Shown here: positions 47,897 through 61,186 of the stretch, one piece after another
How the letters are laid out: every line of letters begins with the position of its first letter
Numbering within the stretch: position 1 is the stretch's first letter
NCBI GenBank assembly: GCA_030390025.1
Contig: CM059432.1
Span: forward strand, 74,650,001 to 74,714,000
Direction: 5' to 3'
Length of the DNA: 64,000 nt
Source of the DNA: Squalus acanthias
Taxonomy: Eukaryota
Notes under the pieces: model-generated
Told to the model about the DNA's origin: nothing
The model's database searches: none
Seen by the model: the letters and a program-made list of their open reading frames with translations, nothing else
Made by a program: the position numbers and the translations under genes

Positions 47897-50800
47897 AAAT
47901 AATGTAAATATATCCTAAATCCTTACCAGAGAGCTGGTTTATAAGAAAATGATTAAACCTGGCCCCTAAAACAGTTAATTAAGTTGTTCTAAATGAATTT
48001 TACAATGTTTATCACGTTACAAAGGGAAAGATGTAAAATGTCAAATGACAGGTGTGTTATTATATCTGATTTGTTTGCTTAGTTCTGGTCCTGCACCATT
48101 TGACTGGCAGCTGCTGAAGACCAACGTAATTGAATGCATAGCACTGTATTTACCATGCGTTAATACATGTTATCTTGGCGAACACAATATCTCGCATTTA
48201 ACAACAATGAAGTGTTCCAGGATAACACTTCATAAATCTCCTGATAATTAGTCTTGCGATAAATCCATTTGTAGCGAGAGCAGTAATAAATGGCTAGTGT
48301 TCCAACTCATTTATCAGATCATCCTCTCACCTTTCGTTAGCAGTTAGAATGTTATTAATAATTGAAGGTAATTATTCTCCAAGATAATCCATAGTTAAAA
48401 AATAAATGAAACATTTGTAACTACATGGTATTGTTTTATATAACAAAATGTTATTTTATTACTGTTATACGAATTAACATGGGCCCCAATTAAATCTCTG
48501 TATGAATGGTTCTTATTTTGTAACAGTGCCAAATAATCTTTCCTTGCTGCTGTATTACAAAAAAGGAATAAGTACAGTACTCGCACTTCAGTTGTGTTAA
48601 AGTCTGATAACCATAGATAAAAGTTTGGAAAAGGTACTCTCCACTATAAAAATCACATTTATTTGCGAGTTCTAAGCATCCGTCTAATTGCGTTGATCCC
48701 GCTGATGTGTACATCCATGGAAATATCCTGATTGTAAGAAAGTCAGCCCATTGGAATAAATCAACGTGATCAATCGGCCAGGAAAGAACATTTCTGTTCA
48801 TTGTTAAACTCCTCATAACGCGAGTATGAGTGGGAGCAGCCAGACTGCAATCCACTGGGACTTGTCACTTACAGGCAGAACAAGCCGAGACCAAACGGAC
48901 TTCAGTACAAGGGGTCAGTACAAGGGATTAGTACAAGGGAGCAGGACGAGGGATGAATACAAGGGATCAATCTGAGGGATTAATAGAAGGGATAAATACC
49001 AGGGATCAGGACAAGGGATCAGGACAAGTGAACAATACAAGTGTTCAATACCAGGGATCAGGAAAAGGGATCAGGACAAGGGATCAACACAATTGATCAA
49101 TACAAAGGACTAATAGAATGGATCGGTACAAGGGATCAATAAAAGGGATCAATACAAGGGACCAAATGAAGGGATCAATAGAAGGGATCAATAAAAGGGA
49201 TCAGGACAAGGGTTCAGTACATGTGGATCAATGCAAGGAAACAATACAACGGATAAATAGAAGGGATCAATAGAAGGGATCAGTAGAAGGGATCAATACA
49301 AGGGATCAATAGAAGGGATCAATACAAGGGATCAGGACAGGGGATCAATACAAGGGATCAATAGTAGGAACCAATACAAGGGATCAATACAAAAGATTAA
49401 TAGAAGGGATCGATACAAAAGATTAATAGAAGGGATCGATACAAAAGATTAATAGAAGGGATGAGTAAAAGGGATCAATACAATTTATCAATACAAGGGA
49501 TCAATACAAGGGATGAGTACAAGGAATTAATAGAAGAGATCAATACAAACGATCAACACAAGTGATCAATACAAGGGATCAGGAAAAGGGATCAACACAA
49601 TTGATCAATACACGGGATCAATACAAGGGATCTGGGCAGGGGGTCAATACAATGGATCAATAGCAGGAATCAAAACAAGGGATCAATACAAAGGACTAAT
49701 AGAAGGGATCAATACAAGGGATCAATACAAGGGGATCATTAAAGGAATCAATACAACAGATCAATAGAAGCGATTTAGAAGGGATCAATAGAAGCGATCA
49801 CTACAAGGGATCAATATAAGGGATCAATAAAAGGGATCAATAGAAGGGATCAATACAAGGGATCAATAATAGGAATCAATACAAGGGATCAGTACAAGCG
49901 ATCCATACATGGCATCAATACAAGGGATCAGGAAATGGCTTCAATATAAGGGATCAATAGAAGAGATCAATACAAGGGATCAATACAAGGGAACAATACA
50001 AGGGATTAGTACAAGGGATCAATAGAAGGAATCAATACAAAGGCTCAAAACAAGAGATCAATACAAGGGTTCAGTACAAGGGATCAATAAAAGGGATCAA
50101 TACAAGAGACAAAATTAAGGGATCAATAAATGGCATCAATAAAATGAATTAATACAAGGGATCAATACAAGGAATCAATACAATGGAGAAAGAGAAGTGA
50201 TCAAGAGAAGGGATCAATAGAAGGGATCAATAGAAGGGATCAACACAAGGGATCACTACAAGGGATCAATAGAAGGGACTAATACCAGGGATTAATAGAA
50301 GGGATCTATACAAGGGATCAATACAAGGGATCAATGGAAGGGAGCAATAGAAGGGATCAATACAAGGGATCAATACAAGGGATCAATACAAGGAATCAAT
50401 ACAAAGGATCAATAGAAGCGATCAATACAAGGGATCTATACAAGTGATCAATAGAAGGGATCAATACAAGGGATCAATACAAGGGATCAATACAAGGGAT
50501 CAATAGAAGTGATCAGTTTAAGGGATCAGTACAAGGGATCAATAGAAGGGATAAATACAAGGGAGCAATACAAGGGATCAATACAAGGGAACAATACAAG
50601 GGATCAGTACAAGGGATCAATACAAGGGATCAGTACAAGTGATCGATACAAGGAATCAATACAACGGATCAATAGAAGGGATCAATAGAAGGGATCAATA
50701 GAAGGGATCAATGCAAGGGATCAACAGAAGGGATCAATACAAGGGATCAATACAAGGGATCAACAGAAGGGATCAATAAAAGTGATCAATACAAGGGATT

Positions 50801-51585
50801 AATAGAAGGGACTAACATAAGGGATTAATAGAAGATATCTATACAAGGGATCAATACAAGGGATCAATACAAGGGATCTATACAAGGGATCAATACAAGG
50901 GATCAATAAAAGGAATCAATAAAATGGATCAATACATGGAATCAATACAACAGATCAATAGAAGTGATCAATACAAGGGAGCAATACAAGGGACCAATAG
51001 AAGGGACTAATAGAAGGGATCAATACAAGTGTTTAATACAAGTGATCAAGAGAAGGGATCAATACAAGTGATCAGGACAGGGGATCAGGACAAGTGATCA
51101 GGACAAGTGATCAGGACAAGGGATCAATACAAGGGATGAGTACAAGGGATCAATACAATGGATCAGTACAAGGGATCAGTACAAGTGATCAATGCAAGGG
51201 ATCAATAGAAGTGATCAATAGAAGGGATCAATACAAGGGATCAATAAAAGGGATCAATAGAAGGGATCAATACAAGGGATCAATACAAGAGACTAATAGA
51301 AGGGATCAATACAAGGGATCAATACAAGGGATCATTACTTGCAATCAATACAAGGGATCAGTACATGCGATCCATACATGGCATCAATACAAGGGATCAG
51401 GAAATGGCTTCAATATAAGGGATCAATAGAAGAGATCAATACAAGGGATCAATACAAGGGAACAATACAAGGGATTAGTACAAGGGATCAGCACAAGACA
51501 TCAATACAAGGGATCAATACAAGGGATCAATACAAGGGATCAATACAAGGGATCAATACAAAGGCTCAAAACAAGAGATCAATAC

Positions 51586-51677
51586 GGGGATAGGGTGGGA
51601 TATGTGTCGATGCAGGCTCGATGGGCCGAAATGGCCTCTACCTGCACTGTGGGAATTCTGTATGCTGTATTCTGTGT
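51586..51677 (+). mobile_element. 92-bp CR1/SINE 3' tail inserted in the satellite, copy 1
   Basis: GGCTCGATGGGCCGAAATGGCC stem-loop, (TTCTGTAT)-like tail, AATAC TSD; empty site visible near 50055. Confidence 0.85.
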
Positions 51678-54600
51678 AATACAAGGGTTCAGTACAAGGG
51701 ATCAATAAAAGGGATCAATACAAGAGACAAAATGAAGGGATCAATAAATGGCATCAATAAAATGAATTAATACAAGGGATCAATACAAGGAATCAATACA
51801 ATGGAGAAATAGAAGTGATCAAGAGAAGGGATCAATAGAAGGGATCAATACAACGGATCACTACAAGGGATCAATAGAAGGGACTAATACCAGGGGTTAA
51901 TAGAAGGGATCAGTACAAGGGATCAATACTAGGGATCAATGGAAGGGAGCAATAGAAGGGATCAATACAAGGGATCAATAAAATGGATCAGTATAAGTGG
52001 TCAATACAAGGGATCTATACAAGGAATCAATACAAGGAATCAACACAAAGGATCAATAGAAGCGATCATTTCAAGTGATCAGTACAAGGGATCAATACAA
52101 GGGATCTATACAAGTGATCAATAGAAGGGATCAATACAAGGAATCAACACAAAGGATCAATAGAAGCGATCATTTCAAGTGATCAGTACAAGGGATCAAT
52201 ACAAGGGATCTATACAAGTGATCAATAGAAGGGATCAATACAAGACAGAAATAGAAGGGATCAATACAAGGGATCTATACACGTGATCAATAGAAGGGAT
52301 CAATGCAAGGGATCAATACAAGGGATCAATACAAGGGTTGAATACAAGAGTCAATACAAGGGATCAATACAAGGGATCTGTACAAGGGGATCAATACAAG
52401 GAATCAATACAATGGATCAATAGATGGGATCAATGGAAGGGATCAATACAAGGGATCAATACAAGGGATCAATAATAGGAATCAATACAAGGGATCAATA
52501 CAAGGGATCAATACAAGGAATCAATAGAAGGGATCAATACAAGGAATCAATACAAGGCACAAATAGAAGGGATCAATACAAGGGATCTGTACAAGTGATC
52601 AATAGAAGGGATCAATACAAGACAGAAATAGAAGGGATCAATACAAGGGATCTATACAAGTGATCAATAGAAGTGATCAATGCAAGGGATCAATACAAGG
52701 GATCAATTCAAGGGTTGAATACAAGAGTCAATACAAGGGATCAATACAAGGGATCTGTACAAGGGGATCAATACAAGGAATCAATACAATGGATCAATAG
52801 ACGGGATCAATGGAAGGGATCAATACAAGGGATCAATACAAGGGATCAATAATAGGAATCAATACAAGGGATCAATACAAGGAATCAATAGAAGGGATCA
52901 ATACAAGGAATCAATACAAGGCACAAATAGAAGGGATCAATACAAGGGATCTGTACAAGGGGATCAATACAAGGAATCAATACAACAGATCAATAGAAGG
53001 GATCAAAAGAAAGGGATCAATAGAAGTGATCAATACAAGGGATCAATACAAGGGATCAATAGCAGGGATCAATACAAGGGATCAATACAAGGGATCAATA
53101 CAAGGAATCAATAGAAGGGATCAATATAAGGAATCAATACAAGGCACAAATAGAAGGGATCAATATAAATGATCAATAGAACAGATCAATACAAGGGATT
53201 AATAGAAGGGACCAATACAAGGGATCAGTACAAGGGGATCAATACAAGGAATCAATACAATGGATCAATAGAAGGGATCAATAGAAGGGATCAATAGAAG
53301 GGCTTAATACAAGGGATCAATACAAGGGACCAACAGAAGGGATCAATACAAGTGATCAGTACAAGGGATTAATAGAAGGGACTAATATAAGGGATTAATA
53401 GAAGGGATCAATACAAGGGATCAATAAAAGGAATCAATAAAATGGATCAATACATGGAATCAATACAAGTGATCAATAGAAGTGATCAGTTCAAGGGATC
53501 AGTACAAGGGATCAATACAAGGGATTAATAGAAGGGATCAATACAAGGGATCACTACAAAGGATCAGTACAAGGGATCAATAAAAGTGATCAATAGAAGG
53601 GATCAATACAAGGTATCAATACAAGTGACTAATAGAAGGGATCAATACAAGTGATCAATTGAATGGAGCAACAAAATGGATCAGTACAAGGGTTCAATAC
53701 AAGGGAGCAATAGAAGGGATCAATACAAGGGATCAATAGCAGGGATCAATACAAGGGATCACTACAAGGGATCAGTACAAGGGATCAATAAAAGGGTTCA
53801 ATAGAAGGGATCAATACAAGGGATCAATACAAGGGACTAATAGAAGGGACCAATACAAGTGATCAATTGAAGGGAGCAACAGAATGGATCAGTACAAAGG
53901 TTCAATACAAGTGATCAATAGAAGGGATCAATACAAGGGATCATTACTTGCTATCAATACAAGGGATCAGTACAAGCGATCCATACATAGCATCAATACA
54001 AGGGATCAGGAAATGGCTTCAATATAAGGGATCAATAGAAGAGATCAATAGAAGGAATCAATACAAAGGCTCAAGACAAGAGATCAATACAAGGATTCAG
54101 TACAAGGGATCAATAAAAGGGATCAATACAAGAGACAAAATGAAGGGATCAATAAATGGCATCAATAAAATGAATTAATACAAGGGATCAATACAAGGAA
54201 TCAATACAATGGAGAAATAGAAGTGATCAAGAGAAGGGATCAATAGACGGGATCAATAGAAGTGATCAATACAAGGGATCACTACAAGGGATCAATAGAA
54301 GGGTCTAATACCAGGGATTAATAGAAGGGATCTATACAAGGGATCAATAGAAGAGATCAATACAAGGGATCAATACAAGGGAACAATACAAGGGATTAGT
54401 ACAAGGGATCAATAGAAGGAATCCACACAAAGGCTCAAAACAAGAGATCAATACAAGGATTCAGTACAAGGGATCAATAAAAGGGATCAATACAAGAGAC
54501 AAAATGAAGGGATCAATAAATGGCATCAATAAAATGAATTAATACAAGGGATCAATACAAGGAATCAATACAATGGAGAAAGAGAAGTGATCAAGAGAAG

Positions 54601-57600
54601 GGATCAATAGAAGGGATCAATAGAAGGGATCAATACAAGGGATCACTACAAGGGATCAATAGAAGGACTAATACCAGGGATTAATAGAAGGGATCTATAC
54701 AAGGGATCAATACAAGGGATCAATGGAAGGGAGCAATAGAAGGGATCAATACAAGGGATCAATACAAGGGATCAATACAAGGAATCAATACAAAGGATCA
54801 ATAGAAGCGATCAATACAAGGGATCTATACAAGTGATCAATACAAGGGATCAATACAAGGGATCAATACAAGGGATCAATAGAAGTGATCAGTTCAAGGG
54901 ATCAGTAAAAGGGATCAATAGAAGGGATTAATACAAGGGAGCAATACAAGGGATCAATACAAGGGAACAATACAAGGGATCAGTACAAGGGATCAATACA
55001 AGGGATCAGTACAAGTGATCGATACAAGGAATCAATACAACGGATCAATAGAAGGGATCAATAGAAGCGATCAATAGAGGGGATCAATGCAAGGGATCAA
55101 CAGAAGGGATCAATACAAGGGATCAATACAAGGGATCAACAGAAGGGATCAATAAAAGTGATCAATACAAGGGATTAATAGAAGGGACTAACATAAGGGA
55201 TTAATAGAAGATATCTATACAAGGGATCAATACAAGGGATCAATACAAGGGATCAATAAAAGGAATCAATAAAATGGATCAATACATGGAATCAATACAA
55301 CAGATCAATAGAAGTGATCAATACAATGGAGAAATACAAGGGACTAATAGAAGTGACTAATAGAAGGGATCAATACAAGTGTTTAATACAAGTGATCAAG
55401 AGAAGGGATCAATACAAGGGATCAATAAAAGGGATCAATACAGGAGACAAAATTAAGGGATCAATAAATGGCATCAATAAAATGAATTAATACAAGGGAT
55501 CAATACAAGGAATCAATACAATGGAGAAAGAGAAGTGATCAAGAGAAGGGATCAATAGAAGGGATCAATAGAAGGGATCAATACAAGGGATCACTACAAG
55601 GGATCAATAGAAGGGACTAATACCAGGGATTAATAGAAGGGATCTATACAAGGGATCAATACAAGGGATCAATGGAAGGGAGCAATAGAAGGGATCAATA
55701 CAAGGAATCAATACAAAGGATCAATAGAAGCGATCAATACAAGGGATCTATACAAGTGATCAATAGAAGGGATCAATACAAGGGATCAATACAAGGGATC
55801 AATAGGAGTGATCAGTTCAAGGGATCAGTACAAGGGATCAATAGAAGGGATTAATACAAGGGAGCAATACAAGGGATCAATACAAGGGAACAATACAAGG
55901 GATCAGTACAAGGGATCAATACAAGGGATCAGTACAAGTGATCGATACAAGGAATCAATACAACGGATCAATAGAAGGGATCAATAGAAGGGATCAATAG
56001 AGGGGATCAATGCAAGGGATCAACAGAAGGGATCAATACAAGGGATCAATACAAGGGATCAACAGTAGAGATCAATAAAAGTGATCAATACAAGGGATTA
56101 ATAGAAGGGACTAACATAAGGGATTAATAGAAGATATCTATACAAGGGATCAATACAAGGGATCAATACAAGGGATCTATGCAAGGGATCAATACAAGGG
56201 ATCAATAAAAGGAATCAATAAAATGGATCAATACATGGAATCAATACAACAGATCCACAGAAGTGATCAATACAAGGGAGAAATACAAGGGACCAATAGA
56301 GGTGACTAATAGAAGGGATCAATACAAGTGTTTAATACAAGTGATCAAGAGAAGGGATCAATACAAGTGATCAGGACAGGGGATCAGGACAAGTGATCAG
56401 GACAAGGGATCAATACAAGGGATGAATACAAGGGATCAATACAATGGATCAGTACAAGGGTTCAATAGAAGGGAGCAATAGAAGGGATCAATACAAGGGA
56501 TCAATAGCAGGGATCAATACAAGGGATCACTACAAGGGATCAGTACAAGGGATCAATAAAAGGGATCAATAGAAGGGATCAATACAAGGGATCAATACAA
56601 GGGACTAATAGAAGGGATCAATACAAGTGATCAATTGAAGGGAGCAACAGAATGGATCAGTACAAGGGTTCAATACAAGTGATCAATAGAAGGGATCAAT
56701 ACAAGGGATCATTACTTGCTATCAATACAAGGGATCAGTACAAGCGATCCATACATAGCATCAATACAAGGGATCAGGAAATGGCTTCAATATAAGGGAT
56801 CAATAGAAGAGATCAATAGAAGGAATCAATACAAAGGCTCAAAACAAGAGATCAATACAAGGATTCAGTACAAGGGATCAATAAAAGGGATCAATACAAG
56901 AGACAAAATGAAGGGATCAATAAATGGCATCAATAAAATGAATTAATACAAGGGATCAATACAAGGAATCAATACAATGGAGAAAGAGAAGTGATCAAGA
57001 GAAGGGATCAATAGAAGGGATCAATAGAAGGGATCAATAGAAGGGATCAATACAAGGGATCACTACAAGGGATCAATAGAAGGGACTAATACCAGGGATT
57101 AATAGAAGGGATCTATACAAGGGATCAATACAAGGGATCAATGGAAGGGAGCAATAGAAGGGATCAATACAAGGGATCAATACAAGGGATCAATACAAGG
57201 AATCAATACAAAGGATCAATAGAAGCGATCAATACAAGGGATCTATACAAGTGATCAATAGAAGGGATCAATACAAGGGATCAATACAAGGGATCAATAG
57301 AAGTGATCAGTTCAAGGGATCAGTACAAGGGATCAATAGAAGGGATTAATACAAGGGAGCAATACAAGGGATCAATACAAGGGAACAATACAAGGGATCA
57401 GTACAAGGGATCAATACAAGGGATCAGTACAAGTGATCGATACAAGGAATCAATACAACGGATCAATAGAAGGGATCAATAGAAGGGATCAATAGAGGGG
57501 ATCAATGCAAGGGATCAACAGAAGGGATCAATACAAGGGATCAATACAAGGGATCAACAGTAGAGATCAATAAAAGTGATCAATACAAGGGATTAATAGA

Positions 57601-60600
57601 AGAGACTAACATAAGGGATTAATAGAAGATATCTATACAAGGGATCAATACAAGGGATCAATACAAGGGATCTATGCAAGGGATCAATACAAGGGATCAA
57701 TAAAAGGAATCAATAAAATGGATCAATACATGGAATCAATACAACAGATCCACAGAAGTGATCAATACAAGGGAGAAATACAAGGGACCAATAGAGGTGA
57801 CTAATAGAAGGGATCAATACAAGTGTTTAATACAAGTGATCAAGAGAAGGGATCAATACAAGTGATCAGGACAGGGGATCAGGACAAGTGATCAGGACAA
57901 GGGATCAATACAAGGGATGAATACAAGGGATCAATACAATGGATCAGTACAAGGGTTCAATACAAGGGAGCAATAGAAGGGATCAATACAAGGGATCAAT
58001 AGCAGGGATCAATACAAGGGATCACTACAAGGGATCAGTACAAGGGATCAATAAAAGGGATCAATAGAAGGGATCAATACAAGGGATCAATACAAGGGAC
58101 TAATAGAAGGGATCAATACAAGTGATCAATTGAAGGGAGCAACAGAATGGATCAGTACAAGGGTTCAATACAAGTGATCAATAGAAGGGATCAATACAAG
58201 GGATCATTACTTGCTATCAATACAAGGGATCAGTACAAGCGATCCATACATAGCATCAATACAAGGGATCAGGAAATGGCTTCAATATAAGGGATCAATA
58301 GAAGAGATCAATAGAAGGAATCAATACAAAGGCTCAAAACAAGAGATCAATACAAGGATTCAGTACAAGGGATCAATAAAAGGGATCAATACAAGAGACA
58401 AAATGAAGGGATCAATAAATGGCATCAATAAAATGAATTAATACAAGGGATCAATACAAGGAATCAATACAATGGAGAAAGAGAAGTGATCAAGAGAAGG
58501 GATCAATAGAAGGGATCAATAGAAGGGATCAATACAAGGGATCACTACAAGGGATCAATAGAAGGACTAATACCAGGGATTAATAGAAGGGATCTATACA
58601 AGGGATCAATACAAGGGATCAATGGAAGGGAGCAATAGAAGGGATCAATACAAGGGATCAATACAAGGGATCAATACAAGGAATCAATACAAAGGATCAA
58701 TAGAAGCGATCAATACAAGGGATCTATACAAGTGATCAATACAAGGGATCAATACAAGGGATCAATAGAAGTGATCAGTTCAAGGGATCAGTAAAAGGGA
58801 TCAATAGAAGGGATTAATACAAGGGAGCAATACAAGGGATCAATACAAGGGAACAATACAAGGGATCAGTACAAGGGATCAATACAAGGGATCAGTACAA
58901 GTGATCGATACAAGGAATCAATACAACGGATCAATAGAAGGGATCAATAGAAGCGATCAATAGAGGGGATCAATGCAAGGGATCAACAGAAGGGATCAAT
59001 ACAAGGGATCAATACAAGGGATCAACAGAAGGGATCAATAAAAGTGATCAATACAAGGGATTAATAGAAGGGACTAACATAAGGGATTAATAGAAGATAT
59101 CTATACAAGGGATCAATACAAGGGATCAATACAAGGGATCAATAAAAGGAATCAATAAAATGGATCAATACATGGAATCAATACAACAGATCAATAGAAG
59201 TGATCAATACAATGGAGAAATACAAGGGACTAATAGAAGTGACTAATAGAAGGGATCAATACAAGTGTTTAATACAAGTGATCAAGAGAAGGGATCAATA
59301 CAAGTGATCAGGACAGGGGATCAGGACAAGTGATCAGGACAAGGGATCAATACAAGGGATGAATACAAGGGATCAATACAATGGATCAGTACAAGGGTTC
59401 AATACAAGGGAGCAATAGAAGGGCTCAATAGAAGGGATCAATAGAAGGGATCAATACAAGGGATCACTACAAGGGATCAGTACAAGGGATCAATAAAAGG
59501 GATCAATAGAAGGGATCAATACAAGGGATCAATACAAGGGACTAATAGAAGGGATCAATACAAGTGATCAATTGAAGGGAGCAACAGAATGGATCAGTAC
59601 AAGGGTTCAATACAAGTGATCAATAGAAGGGATCAATACAAGGGATCATTACTTGCTATCAATACAAGGGATCAGTACAAGCGATCCATACATAGCATCA
59701 ATACAAGGGATCAGGAAATGGCTTCAATATAAGGGATCAATAGAAGAGATCAATAGAAGGAATCAATACAAAGGCTCAAAACAAGAGATCAATACAAGGA
59801 TTCAGTACAAGGGATCAATAAAAGGGATCAATACAAGAGACAAAATGAAGGGATCAATAAATGGCATCAATAAAATGAATTAATACAAGGGATCAATACA
59901 AGGAATCAATGCAATGGAGAAAGAGAAGTGATCAAGAGAAGGGATCAATAGAAGGGATCAATAGAAGGGATCAATACAAGGGATCACTACAAGGGATCAA
60001 TAGAAGGGACTAATACCAGGGATTAATAGAAGGGATCTATACAAGGGATCAATACAAGGGATCAATGGAAGGGAGCAATAGAAGGGATCAATACAAGGGA
60101 TCAATACAAGGGATCAATACAAGGAATCAATACAAAGGATCAATAGAAGCGATCAATACAAGGGATCTATACAAGTGATCAATAGAAGGGATCAATAGAA
60201 GGGATCAATAGAGGGGATCAATGCAAGGGATCAACAGAAGGGATCAATACAAGGGATCAATACAAGGGATCAACAGAAGGGATCAATAAAAGTGATCAAT
60301 ACAAGGGATTAATAGAAGGGACTAACATAAGGGATTAATAGAAGATATCTATACAAGGGATCAATACAAGGGATCAATACAAGGGATCTATACAAGGGAT
60401 CAATACAAGGGATCAATAAAAGGAATCAATAAAATGGATCAATACATGGAATCAATACAACAGATCAATAGAAGTGATCAATACAAGGGAGAAATACAAG
60501 GGACCAATAGAAGTGACTAATAGAAGGGATCAATACAAGTGCTTAATACAAGTGATCAAGAGAAGGGATCAATACAAGTGATCAGGACAGGGGATCAGGA

Positions 60601-61094
60601 CAAGTGATCAGGACAAGGGATCAATACAAGGGATGAATACAAGGGATCAATACAATGGATCAGTACAAGGGATCAGTACAAGTGATCAATGCAAGGGATC
60701 AATAGAAGTGATCAATAGAAGGGATCAATACAAGGGATCAATAAAAGGGATCAATAGAAGGGATCAATACAAGGGATCAATACAAGAGACTAATAGAAGG
60801 GATCAATACAAGGGATCAATACAAGGGATCAATACAAGGGATCATTACTTGCAATCAATACAGGGATCAGTACAAGCAATCCATACATGGCATCAATACA
60901 AGGGATCAGGAAATAGCTTCAATATAAGGGATCAATAGAAGAGATCAATACAAGGGATCAATACAAGGGAACAATACAAGGGATTAGTACAAGGGATCAG
61001 CACAAGATATCAATACAAGGGATCAATACAAGGGATCAATACAAGGGATCAATAGAAGGAATCAATACAAAGGCTCAAAACAAGAGATCAATAT

Positions 61095-61186
61095 GGGGAT
61101 AGGGTGGGATATGTGTCGGTGCAGGCTCGATGGGCCGAAATGGCCTCTACCTGCACTGTGGGAAATCTGTATGCTGTATTCTGTGT
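61095..61186 (+). mobile_element. Same 92-bp insertion, copy 2 (amplified with the array)
   Basis: Same flanks and length; about three substitutions including the TSD. Confidence 0.85.
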
